64,000 bases of DNA from Lama glama (lineage: Eukaryota). The stretch is taken from the NCBI GenBank assembly GCA_028534125.1, contig CM052816.1, positions 37,388,001 to 37,452,000 of the forward strand, in the 5' to 3' direction. The notes under the pieces are model-generated. The model searched no databases and was not told the DNA's origin. It saw only the letters and a list, made by a program, of their open reading frames with translations. The position numbers and the translations under genes were made by a program. Positions 39,057-51,329 of the stretch are shown here, piece by piece (the stretch's first letter is position 1; each line of letters starts with the position of its first letter).

Positions 39057-39617
39057 TGTTACAGTGGGCGACGGCAGGTCCGCCTACTGACCTCAGTTCC
39101 TGTTGGCGCAACAAGGGATTAAGGAGCCACAGCAGTAGTAGAGTATTGGGCAAGTTTATTTTGAAAGGAATACACTTCAAGGGAGAAGCGGGCCAAGACA
39201 AGGGAGGCAATGGCCCGGAAAGCAGAGGATCTTACCTATTTAAGCTCTGGTTTTGTCTGGGAAGACACGTTATTTTAATTGACAGCTGGGACTCAATGTA
39301 ACGGGTATCCGAACTGCCCATTTTTCCGCCAGAACCCATACATTATACTGAGATTAATGTATGGGCAGAATATGTAACAGGAGATGATGGGTGTTTTAGG
39401 GTGGTAGGATCACTGGAGGACAAAGGGTCCTGGGCTTTGCGCATGCTCGGCCAGGGGAATTTTCCATTGTGGTTTGTAGTTCTTTCTCCGTGGTCGGTTG
39501 CTTGTCAGGTGTTAAACCCAGAAAGGGTGGAGCAGAGTCTCTTTTGGGTCCTCCCTGGATACTGGCTTCCCAGACTTCACCATTCATGTCTGACTAACTG
39601 CCTAACCTTTCTATAAC
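39057..39617 (-). mobile_element. LTR, ERV1-like (MER50/MER4-group-like start), CpG-retaining
   Basis: Minus strand starts gttatagaaaggttaggcagttagtcagacatg and ends gtaaca; TATA-like ttaaata near 39240 and AATAAA near 39155 in the expected order. No matching TSD seen. Confidence 0.75.
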
Positions 39618-39719
39618 TGTGTACCATTAATTTTATTAGCTTTTTTATACTAAACTATATGAATACTTGTTGCAGTAAATTTAATAAATGGAAATAAAAT
39701 TTCCTATAAATTAAAATTA

Positions 39720-41045
39720 CTCACCACCATACATGGTTGCCAAATTTTCTTTTTCTTGGGATGAGAACTGTTAAGATTTACTATTAGGAACTTTCAAATG
39801 TGGAATACAGTAATATTAACTTTAGTCACCATACTGTACATTACATTCCCTTGACGCTAATTTTATAACTAGAAGTTTGTACCTTTTGACCACTATCACC
39901 AATTTTGCTGAGCCCCCAACTGCTATCTCTGAGCTCAGATCCCACATATAGATCCCACATATAGGTGGGATCATATAGTAATTTTCTTACTCTATCTGAC
40001 TTATTTTACTTAACATAATGCTCTCTAGGTCCATTCTTGTTAAGGCAACTGGCAAGATTTTATTCTTTTTTTAATGGCTGAATAATTTTGCTTTGTGTAT
40101 ATACACCATGTTTCCTTTATCCAGTCATCCATAAATGGACACTTAGGTTGTTTCATATCTTAGCTACTACAAATAATGCTGCAATGAATTGAGAGGTGCA
40201 TATATCTTTAAGAGTATAGTATAAATATCCAGAATAGTAAACACTGGATCACATACTAGTTCTATTTTTAATTTTTTGAAGAGCCTCCACTCTGATTTCC
40301 ATAGTGGCTATGCCAATTTACATACCTACCAACAATGTATAAGTGTTCCTTTTTCTCCACATTCTAACATTCTAAGGGATGTGAAGTGATATCTCATTCT
40401 GGTCTTGATTTGCATTTTCCTCATGATTGGGGATGTTGAGCATCTTTTTATATACCTGTTGGCTGTCTCTATGTATGATTTAGGAAAAATATCTGTTGGG
40501 TTCCTCTGTCCATTTTTAAAATCAGATTGTTTTTTGATATTAAGTTCTGTAAGTTCTTTATATATTTTAGATATTAACTTCTTATTAGATATATGAATAA
40601 ATATTTGCAAATATTTTCTTTCACTCAATAGGCTGCCTTTTCACTTTGTTGATAGTTTCCTTTGCTGCATAAAAGCTTGTTAGTTTGATGTGGTCTCACT
40701 TGTTTATATATATTTTTTGTTGCCTTTGCTTGTAGTGTCAATCTGAAGAATCATATCCAAGACTGATGTCAAGGAGTTTATCACCTATGTTTTCTTCTAG
40801 AATTTTTATGGTTTAAGGTCTTATATTCAAGTCTTTACCCATTTTTTGGTTAATTTTGCATATGGTTATGATTGTGTACAGTTTCATTCTTTTGCATGTG
40901 GCTGTCCAGTTTTCCCAACATCATTTGTTGAAAAGATTGTCCTTCCCCCTTGTATATTTTTGGCTCCTTTATCATATACATGTGGGTTTATTTCTGGGGT
41001 CTCTATTCTGTTTCATTGATCTGTGTGTCTGTTTTTATGGTGATG
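39720..41045 (-). mobile_element. LINE-1 3' fragment (L1MA-like), more decayed
   Basis: ORF 40326-40628(-) has ORF2-like KLISKIYKEL...MRYHFT...CGEKGTLIHCW; colinear with the neighbouring L1s, with internal deletions. Confidence 0.9.
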
Positions 41046-43069
41046 CTATCTATACTGTGTTGAGCAATGTTATTATTCTTGTGCTTAGATATTTTATTAA
41101 GAAGATTGCACTTTAAAGAACTTAGCATCCAATCTGAAATACTATTCCCTCTCTTACTTCTTTTCTTAACATTTTAAAATAAATTCACTAATGCCAGCAG
41201 AAATTCTTCGAAAATATTGATTTTAGTAATTATGTATAATAATCTTCCTTCCTTCCTAGTATATTTTGATGGTTTTTCAACACTCTAGGAAGATAACAGA
41301 ATATACATCCCTTTCAGTTTCCTTAAGCAACTTTTAAAATAAATTATAGAATGAAGTTATTTAACCAAAAAGTATATGTAGCTCAAGATTCCTGATATGC
41401 GTGTCTAATTGCTTTTCAGAATATTATAATGTTTTAGAATCCCAGTATCTGTATGCAAGAATATGTTTCATCAAGCCTTCTGTAATAAGATACTTCCATA
41501 CAAGCAACCATAAAGAGTCCCCCTAAAAATTATCTTCATGTTGCCTTACTTTTGAATGATTTTAATGCTAGTGGGTTGAATATTTCATGTTTGCCAGCAA
41601 TTTTCATGAAATGAAAATGTTCATATTATCATCTGGCCATGCTTTTGCCTGTTTTTCCATGACAAAAATCTTTAAAAAAATTTTTTTTTGATTTAAAAAT
41701 TACAAGATAAGAATAAAAACACTTTGTTGTATTTGTGACAAATACCTAAGATTTTTTTAAGTATGGTCTCTTGCACATTATAAGACATGATGTGATTTCT
41801 TATGTCCTGTAAATAATTTAAAGTATGACTAGAGACCGAAATCTTTCCTTCTTGCCTGTTCACCTCCTAAATGGAAAGGCACCATCTTTCCTTGGAAGGT
41901 AGAGAGTCTACAGGAAGTCAGGAAGATTTGTATTGATATTCCTAGTTTCAGAGGTATTTAAATTTCCATCTTATTATCTACTTTAATTAACATTTAAATA
42001 GGAAATTAAAGAATCTATAACCAAAATCTTACTTGAAATTTGATTTACTTAATTTAAATGATATATGATAAAGATATGTAGAAGAGAAACTCTGAACTAT
42101 ATTAGAGATAAAATATGATACCAAGTGATGAAAAACCAAAAATAAATTTTAAAATATAGTTTTAACTTCCCTTATTTTTGTGATGATTCAAATAGATATA
42201 GAGGATATATTTTAGGAACTATTATATCTTAATTACTAAGAAGTTCAATTAAAAATATAAACAAATATATACTTGCGGATTTGTGTTTTAAATAAAAAGC
42301 CTATAATTGAGCATATTTAACTGCTGTTATTTCCAAAGGCCAAAATACACAACTCCACAGGTTCCATATATCAGACCATTGATAATTTTTAAAAACCATT
42401 AGTTAAGTTAGGTTACTGGTTTTGAAATTTTATAATTTAACTTTTAGTAATGTACTTAAAGCAAATACAAAGTTTTCCCAAATAACGTAAGTTTGTTTTG
42501 AATTTTGTAAAGGTTCTACTCTATTCATGTTAAAATATGATGCTATTAGAACATTTATCTTTAATTCACATTTTATGAAATTTTGGTAGGTTTCCAAATT
42601 TCTCCATATATTGCATACAGCACTGCTGAAAAGCATAGATACACAGTGCCTCCATTGATTCAACAACTGGTTTTTAAGTAGCTTTTATTATGCTACCTTT
42701 TTTCAAGTTAGTTAATTCAAATTATGGTGAATTTTTAGAATTCAAAGATGTCATTTATGGTTTCATTTGAGTTATGGTATCATTTTACAGTGTGTACATA
42801 TACCAAGTGTATATTAATTTAAGTTATTTTAAAATGTCTGTAGCAGTATGTTTATATTATCAGTAACTAGGATACATCAGGAAAAATGGAACTGTTATTA
42901 ACTAAGACTCAGGAGACCCTTGCCAGACTTTCCACTCAATAGCTATGACCTTGATTTCTTACTAAGCATACAGAAGCTCTGTTTGCTTAATCTTGGGGAC
43001 CCTATTTTTCTCATTTAAAATAGGAAATTTTAGATTAAGTAATCTCTAAAATATCTGAACTTTTAAAAA

Positions 43070-44547
43070 TCATTTTTAAAAAATTGAAGCATAGTTAACT
43101 TACAATATTATGTTCATTTCAGGTATATAGCAAAGTGATTCAGTTGCACGTGTGTGTGTGTGTATTCTTTTTTAACTCCATTAAAAGTTATTACAAGATA
43201 TTGAGTCTAGTTCCCTATGCTATACAGTAGGTCCTGGTTGTTTATTTTATATCAAGTGTGTATATGTTAATCCCAAACTCCTAATTTATCCTGCTTTCCC
43301 CTTTGGTAACCATAAGTTTGTTTTCTGTGTCTGTGAGTCTATTTCTGTGTAAATAAGTTTATTTCTACCTTTACTTTAGATTCCACATGTAACTGCTGTT
43401 ATTTGATATTTGTCTTTCTCTGTATGATTTACTTCACTTAATATGATAATCTTCAATTTTGTCTATTGTGCTGCAAATGGCTTTATTTTATTCTTTTTTA
43501 TGGCTGAGCAATATTTCATTATATATATGAATTTTATTGTGTTAATATATATATATATATCCCACATCTTCTTTATCCACTCATCTGTTGATGGATATTC
43601 AGGTTGTTTCCATGTCTTGGCTATTGGAAATAGTGCTGCTATGAACATTGGGGTGCATATATCTTTTCAAATTAGAGTTTTCTTTGGATATTTGCCCAGG
43701 AGTGAGATTGCACCATCAAATGGTAACTATATTTTTAGTTTTTTAAGGAACCTCCATACTGTCCTCCATAGTGGCTGCACCAATTTATATTCCTACCAAC
43801 AGTGTAGGAGGGTTCCTTTTTCTCCACATCCTCTGCAGCATTTATTATTTGTAGACTTTTTAATGATGGCCATTCTGAGAGGTGTGAGGTGATAGATACC
43901 TCATTGTAGTTTTGGTTTGCATTTCTCTAATAATTAACAACATTGAGCATCTTTTGGTGTGCCTGTTGGTAACCTATATATCTTCTTTGGAGAAATGTCT
44001 ATTTAGGTCTCTGCCCATTTTTGATTGGGTTGTCTGTTTTGTTTTGTTTTGTTTTTGATATTAAGCTATATGATCTGTTTGTATATTTTAGAAATTAATC
44101 CCTTGTCAGTAGCATAGTTTGCAAATATTTTCTCCTAGTCCATAGGTTGTCTTTTCATTTTGTTTATGGTGTCCTTTGCTGTTTAAAAGCTTTCAAGTTT
44201 AATTAGATCCCATTTGTTTATTTTTATTTTTATGTCCATTAGTCTAGGAGATGGATCCTCCCAAAAAAATTGCTGCAATTTATGTCAAAGAGTGTTCTGC
44301 CTATATTTTCCTCTAGGAATTTAATAATATCTGGTCTTACATTTAAATCTTTAATCCATTTTGAGTTTGTTTTTGTCTGTTGCATTAAAGAATGCTCTAA
44401 TTTCATTAATTTACACGTAGGTGTCCAGTTTTCCTAGCACCACTTATGGTAAAGACTGTCTTTTCTCCATTGCATATAGTCTTACATCCTTTGTCATAGC
44501 TTAATTGACCATAAGTGTGTGGGTTATTTCTGGGTTTTCCATCGTGC
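43070..44547 (-). mobile_element. LINE-1 3' fragment (ORF2 C-terminus and 3'UTR), older subfamily
   Basis: ORF 43463-43648(-) [29 protein letters not shown] is the ORF2 C-terminus; colinear with the L1 at 45.4-46.8 kb. Degenerate TSD ATCTGAACT(T/A)TT at 43053 and 44548. Confidence 0.92.
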
Positions 44548-45352
44548 ATCTGAACTATTTAATACTTTTTACCTGCATGACTCATTTGGAGTCAAAGCCA
44601 GCAGGGATCACTGTCAATATCTTATTCCCTTTTTTATTGTTAGTTCATTTGATCAGATAAAAGGTACATTTTCTACTTTCAGAGATGGAACCAAATCAAT
44701 GTCTGCCATCTCTACAGATGTTTCCAGACACAAAAATCACAGGGTTTTGATAAAACACAGCTCTTTTTCTGCCCTGTTAAGTGGGAGAGAAGAAAAATGG
44801 GAAAAACAGGGATTTTTGAAGAATGAGAAATAAAGGCATTGTTATAATCACAAACAGGATTATTTCTTCAGTGATTCAGAGAAACTGACAGAAGGAGAAA
44901 GTCAAAAAATAAGCCTTCTGATTTTTATTTAGGTATTGGTCCACTTTGTAGTATACTAGTTTACTCAGAGTGTAAACTAATTCTATAGGCTACATTTAAA
45001 TATAATTACATAAGTGTTCTACCTTTTATGTTTGGGTGAGGTCTTGAAGATAGTGAATTTGTTGTAAATGTTTACAGAGTGTTGTTTTTCCCAATGAGAC
45101 TCAGACAAGTCACCTGAGTACTTAGTCTGGGTTGATGTTTTCAAGAATTAGGAAGTTGAGACAGAAGAAGTAGAGTGACTTGGACAGACAGTAAAATACC
45201 CTATATTTACTTAATCATTATCTATTATTAATAAATGATTATCAAAATAAAGACATTTCAAAAGTAACTTAACTGAAAGTTTATTTTGCAGAAATAATAC
45301 ATGTTGGAGCTTTGTTCAAACCTAGTCGTTGCTGACTCGAGCCTATATTCTT

Positions 45353-48300
45353 TTTTTTTTAACAGTTTCTATTGATTTATAATCATTTTACAATGTTGTA
45401 TCAAATTCCAGTGTAGAGCACAATTTTTCAGTTATACATGAACATATATATATATATTCATTGTCACATTTTTTCTCTGTGAGCTACCATAAGATCTTGT
45501 ATATATTTCCCTGTGCTAAACAGTATACTCTTGTTTATCTATTCTACAATTTTGAAATCCCAGTCTATCTTTTCCCACCCCCTGCCCCCTTGGCAACCAC
45601 AAGTTTGTATTCTATGTCTTTGAGTCTGTTTCTGTTTTGTATGTATGCGCTGTTCTTTTTTTTTTTTTTAGATTCCACGTATGACTGATCTCATATGGTA
45701 TTTTTCTTTCTCTTTCTGGCTTACTTTACTTAGAATGACATTGTCCAGGAGCATCCATGTTGCTGCAAATGGCATTATGTTGTCAGTTTTTATGGCTGAG
45801 TAGTATTCCGTTGTATAAATATACCACCTCTTCTTTATCCCGTCATTTCTCGATGGACATTTAGGCTGTTTCCATGTCTTGGCTATTGTAAATAATGCTG
45901 CTATGAACACTGGGGTGAAGGTGTCATCCTGAAGTAGGGTTCCTTCTGGATATATGCCCAGGAGCAGAATTCCTGGGTCATACAGTAAGCCTATTCCTAG
46001 TCTTTTGAGGAATCTCCATACTGTTTTCCACAGTGGCTGCACCAAACTGCATTCTCACCAGCAGTGAAGGAGGGTTTCCTTATCTCCACAGCCTCTCCAG
46101 CATTTGTCATTTTTGGATTTTTGAATGATGGCCATTCTGACTGGTGTGAGGTGATACCTCATTGTAGTTTTGATTTGCATTTCACTGATAATTAGTGATA
46201 TTGAGCATTTTTTCATGTGTCTATTGATTATTTGTATGTCTTCCTTGGAGAATTGCTTGTTTAGGTCTTCTGCCCATTTTTGGATTGGGTTGTTTATTTT
46301 TTTCTTATTGAGTCGTATGAGCTACTAATATATTCTGGAGATCAAGCCTTTGTCGGTTTCATTTGCAAAATTTTTTTCCCATTCCATAGGTTGTCTTTTT
46401 GTGTTACTTATGGTTTCCTTTGCTGTGCAGAAGCTTGTAAGTTTCATTGGGTCCCATTTGTTTATTCTTGCTTTTATTTCTATTGCTTGAGTAGACTGTT
46501 CTAGGAGAAAATTTTTGAGATGTATGTCAGATAATGTTTTGCCTATATTTTCTTCTAGGAGGTTTATTGTATCTTGTCTTATGTTTAAGTCTTTGATCCA
46601 TTTTGAGTTTATTTTTGTGTATGGTGTAAGGGAGTGTTCTAGCTTCATTGTTTTACATGCTGCTGGCCAGTTTTCCCAGCACCATTTGCTGAAGAGACTA
46701 TCTTTATTCCATTGTATATTCTTGGCTCCTTTGTCAAAGATTAGTTGACCAAAAGTTTGTGGGGTCATTTCTGGGCTCTCTATTCTGTTCCATTGATCCA
46801 TATGTCTGTTTTTGTACCAATACCATGCTGTCTTGATGACTGTAGCTCTATAGTATTGTCTGAAGTCTGGGAAAGTTATTCCTCCAGCCTCTTTCTTTCT
46901 CTTCAGTAATGCTTTGGCAATACTAGGTCTTTGGTGGTTCCATATAAATTTTATGATGATTTGTTCTAGTTCTGTGAAATATGTATTGGGTAATTTGATA
47001 GTGATTGCATTAAATCTGTAGATTGCCTTGGGCAGTATGACCATTTTAACAATATTGATTCTTCCAATCCAAGAGCATGGGATATCCTTCCATTTTTTAA
47101 AGTCTTCTTTAATTTCCTTCATTAATGGTTTATAGTTTTCTGTGTATAATTCTTTCACCTCCTTGGTTAGATTTATTCCTAGGTATTTTATTACTTTGGG
47201 TGCTATTTTAAAGGGGATTGATTCTTTAATTTCTTTTTCTGTTGATTCATCGTGAAAGAAATGCAACTGATTTTTGAATGTTCATCTTGTAACCTGCTAC
47301 CTTGCTGAATTCTTCGATTATTTCTAGAAGTTTCTGTGTGGACCTTTTAGGGTTTTCTATATATAGTACCATGTCATCTGCATATAGTGACACTTTTACC
47401 TCTTCTTTTCCAATTTGGATCCCTTTTATTTCTTTCTCTTGCCTGATTGTTGTGGCTAGGACTTCCAAGACTACGTTGAATAGGAGTGGTGATAGTGGGC
47501 AGCCTTGTCTTGTACCAGATTTCAGTGGGAAGCTTTTGAGTTTTTCACTGTTGAGTACTATGCTGGCTGTAGATTTGTCATAAATAGCTTTTATTATGTT
47601 GAGATATGTTCCCTCTATACCCACTTTGGCGAGAGTTTTTATCATAAGTGGGTGTTGAATTTTATCAAATGCTTTTTCTGCATCAATTGAGATGATCGTG
47701 TGGTTTTTGTCCTTTGTCTTGTTGATGTGACGCATTACATTGATTGATTTGCGTATGTTGAACCACCCTTGTGTCCCTGGGATGAACCCCACTTGGTCAT
47801 GATGTATAATCTTTTTTATGTGTTGTTGGATCTATTTGCTAATATTTTGGTGAGGATTTTGGCGTCTATGTTCATCAGTGATATTGGCCTATAATTCTCT
47901 TTTTTCGTAGTGTCTTTGCCTGGTTTTGGTATCAGGGTGATGGTGGCTTCATAGAATGAGTTTGGGAGTATTCCCTCCTTTTCAATCGTCTGGAAGAGTT
48001 TGAGAAGGACTGGTATGAGTTCTTCTTTGTATGTTTGGTAGAATTCCCTGGTGAAGTAGTCCAGTCCTGGACTTTTATTTGTAGGTAGGTTTTTTATTGC
48101 TATTTCGATTTCATTTCTAGTGATTGATTTGTTCAAGTGGTCAGTTTCTTCTTGATTCAGTCTTAGTGGACAGTATGTTTCCAGAAACTTGTCCATCTCC
48201 TCTAGGTTATCCAGTTTGGTTCCATATAGTTTTTCATAATATTCTCATATGATATTCTGTATTTCCTTTTTATTTATTGTAATTTCTCCATTTTCCTTTC

Positions 48301-48860
48301 TTATTTTGCTAATTTGTGCTCTCTCTTTTTTCTTCTTTGTGAGTTTTGCCCAAGGTTTGTCAATTTTATTTACTTTTTCAAAAAACCAGCTTTTGGTTTG
48401 ATTGATTTTTTCTATTTTTTTTAATCTCTATTTTATTTATTTCCTCCCTAATCTTTATAATTTCCTTCCTTCTGCTGCCTCTTGGGATTTTTTGTTCTTC
48501 TTTTTCTAGTTCTATCAGCTGCTGGGTTAAATTGTTTATTTGAGATTGTTCTTTTTCAAGGAAGGCCTGTATTGCTATAAACTTCCCTCTTAGCACTGCC
48601 TTTGCTGTGTCCCATAAATTTTGTGTGGTTGTGCTTTCATTTTCATTTGTCTCAAGGTATTTTTTAATTTTAGCTTTGATTTCCTCATTGACCCATTGGT
48701 TTTTTAATAGCATATTGTTTAATCTCCATGCTTTCTGTTTTTTTCTCCTTTGTTTCTCTGTTGTTGATTTCTAGTTTCATGGCATTGTGGTCAGTAAAGA
48801 TGCTTGAGATAATTTCTATCTTCTTAAAATTGTTGAGCTTTCTTTTGTGCCCAAGTGTAT
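45353..48860 (-). mobile_element. LINE-1, relatively young, 5'-truncated near the end of the ORF2 endonuclease region; inactive
   Basis: Five consecutive minus-strand ORFs translate to L1 ORF2p, followed by a 3'UTR and a short poly(A) (T-run 45351-45360). Exact TSD TCGAGCCTATATTCTT at 45337-45352 and 48861-48876. Empty site reads TT|AAGA on the L1 strand, fitting the L1 endonuclease preference. Confidence 0.97.
45668..48713 (-). pseudogene. Disrupted L1 ORF2 (reverse transcriptase and C-terminal Cys-rich region)
   Basis: Fragments 48378-48713, 47816-48196 ([18 protein letters not shown]), 47247-47792 ([17 protein letters not shown]), 46325-47266 and 45668-46045. Frameshift near 47250, premature stop at 46325 and a stop inside the motif [17 protein letters not shown]. 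Confidence 0.95.
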
Positions 48861-49311
48861 TCGAGCCTATATTCTTAACTCTGCATTGAGTTCAATGACA
48901 GGTATCCACCATAATAATAGTTATTTTATTATTGTTGTCATAATCATGATGACTGTTAGACATGCCAACAATACCTGAGCATGTATCTGTATCCCTGAGT
49001 TTACTGTAGTCTTTTATTTCTAGACGCCTTCCCCCACCCCATATGTCCATGCATGTCTGCTTTACATCAGGCCTTTCATTGATTGAACTGCAGAAATAGG
49101 ATTCTTTTTGTCCCCGACTTATTCCCTGGAATTTTCATTTTTATTTCCTTTTTATTCTTAACATGACAAATGTACTGCATGCTCAACTAGTGACTTATCA
49201 AAATTGGTGCCCTCCAATACCAGTGATCTGGGAAATAAGTACTTACTTAAGAGGCAGCTATAAATTGATTTCCTTGCTTTTTATTGAAAAAGATGTTTTC
49301 ATTCTTGTCAT

Positions 49312-49528
49312 TGTTTTGTTTTTTTTCAATTGAAGTATAGTCAGTTACAATGTGTCAGTTTCTGGTGTACAGCACAATCTTGTCCCAGTTATGCATATAT
49401 ATACATATATTAGTTTTCATGTTCTTTTTCATTAAAGGCTATTGTAAGATATTAAATATAGTTCCCTGTGCTAAACAGAAGAAATCTGGTGCTTTTTAAA
49501 ATCTATTTTTATATATATAATGGCTAAC
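49312..49528 (-). mobile_element. Short LINE-1 3' end
   Basis: ttgaagtatagtcagttacaatgtgtcagtttctggtgtacagc...atagttccctgtgct; homologous to the other L1 3' ends in the window. Confidence 0.85.
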
Positions 49529-49699
49529 TTGTTGGTTTATTATTTAACTGAATCCTATCATACTTAAAGTGTAAAATTTGGTGTTTTTTTAGATACGTAT
49601 GTTCTATCATTAAAATATGAATTAATTTGATGATTTCTATTGTTATTTACTGGCTTGCAGACTTGTTATTCTTCATACTTATTTAGTTGACAGATAAAA

Positions 49700-49915
49700 T
49701 CAACTCAGACTCAGAACGTCCAAGTTTGAATTCTCACACCGGTTTCATATTAGGAAGCCTACATTATCTGCTTCCCATGTCTAAGCCCTAGTTTCCTCAC
49801 CTATAAAATGATAATAATGACACTTTCCTTACAATGACATAAAAATAATTACATAATGTCAAAAAAGTGAATTTTAGGTCATTTTTGACAGATAGGCAAT
49901 GCTTAGTAAATACTG
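49700..49915 (+). mobile_element. MIR SINE
   Basis: Core tctaagccctagtttcctcacctataaaatgataataat. Confidence 0.7.
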
Positions 49916-50734
49916 TGTTTTTTCCACTGTTAATAATAGACAATTATCATTTCTTATTTTGCTTATTTGGATCCTTTCTCTTTTCTTCTTGGTGAGCCTA
50001 GCCAGAGGTTGTTTACTCTTTTAAAATAAATGATTATCAAAATAAAGACATTTCAAAATTAATTCAATTGAAATTTTATACTGCCAGATGTGAGGGCAAT
50101 TTTATAAAATATTATTTATTCCTGGGAAAATATGGGATCTTCTTTATCTATGTATATGACACTATAAAGAGGAATAAGATCTCTTTATAAGTGACTTTCT
50201 AGTAGCAGCAGTTTGGATGAAGTTTTCTTGACTCTAATTTGCTTTGAAAGATTCATGTGTTTTTTTTTAAAGTGCCTGTGAACAACTTTGCAACTGAAAT
50301 TGAAAATTCGACTGACCATATGTCATTTCAGATTTAGTTCCAGAGGAGGATAAGATAATCAGGATGAATAAGGAGGTGGCTGCTAGTGTCTGACCATAAA
50401 CAAAAGGGAAAATATAACAAAACAAATGAACTGTATTAAAGTGCATGATTAGCCTTTGCAGCAAAATTTGAGGCTTTCTTGGAACGGTTTCTAATTTCAT
50501 CAGTTCACTTAGTTAACTTGAAGCAATTCTTAAAGATGAAGATTTCAGCCTCCAAGTCAACCTAAACATTTGTTGTAAAAAGAGAATTCTGGTTCAAGGC
50601 AAGATTGTACTTCTAACAACATCAGCTCTTTTTGTATAGGATGCCACTAGTCTTAAACTATATGTAGAAAAAACATTGAGATAATCTTCACTGCATGTAA
50701 CATATTCTGCCTTGTATTATCATGGTTAATTTTT

Positions 50735-50893
50735 TAAAATTGTTTTTTGCTGTATTTTTTTTATTTAAAAAAATTGAGGGGTGAGAGGTAATTAGGTTTA
50801 TTTATTTATCTATTTTTAATGGATTTACCAGGGATTGAACCCAGGACCTCACATGCTAAGCACAGTCTACCCTTAAGTTATACCCTCCCCCCA
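50735..50893 (-). mobile_element. tRNA-Ala-derived SINE (vic-1-like)
   Basis: Reverse complement of the same SINE (gaggtaattagg...gggattgaacccaggacctc...tataccctcccc); degenerate TSD ATCAT(GG/AA)TTAATTTTT at 50719-50734 and 50894-50909. Confidence 0.88.
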
Positions 50894-51329
50894 ATCATAA
50901 TTAATTTTTATATGCATTATTTCTCCCATTACCTAGTAAGGCATTTAAAATATATCAATTATTATTATAAATAGTTTTATATTCTCCCAATGTGCATAAA
51001 AATGTGAAAATTGGAAGAAATAAAATTCTGAATAAACCCTATATTTGGAGGAGGAAAAGACTCAAATGTAATCATTTTTGGGGCAGATTATCAATAAATT
51101 CAATTCCATATATAAGATATTAGATTGTTTAGTTCACTTTTATTTTAATTTACATTGGTCATCTTATAATAGATTTTTCACTTGACATACATATCTCAAG
51201 ATTATTTTTCCCTTTATTTGGAATTAATCAATTATCTTTTATTTACAATGTTCCTCTCCAGGTTTTCCAATTTGTTTCAGTGGTTGACTTGTGGATTATA
51301 TATGCATCCTTGCATTATGACAGTAATAC

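Noticed and set aside
39937..39972. 13-bp tandem duplication and GATCCCAC/GTGGGATC hairpin
   Set aside because: Local slippage in a naturally quasi-palindromic part of the L1 3'UTR.
43443..43892. 149-aa plus-strand ORF
   Set aside because: Antisense reading of the L1 3' region, a common spurious ORF.
46325..47266. 313-aa ORF as a host gene or novel reverse-transcriptase system
   Set aside because: It is an ordinary L1 ORF2 fragment bounded by a frameshift and a premature stop inside a TSD-flanked L1.
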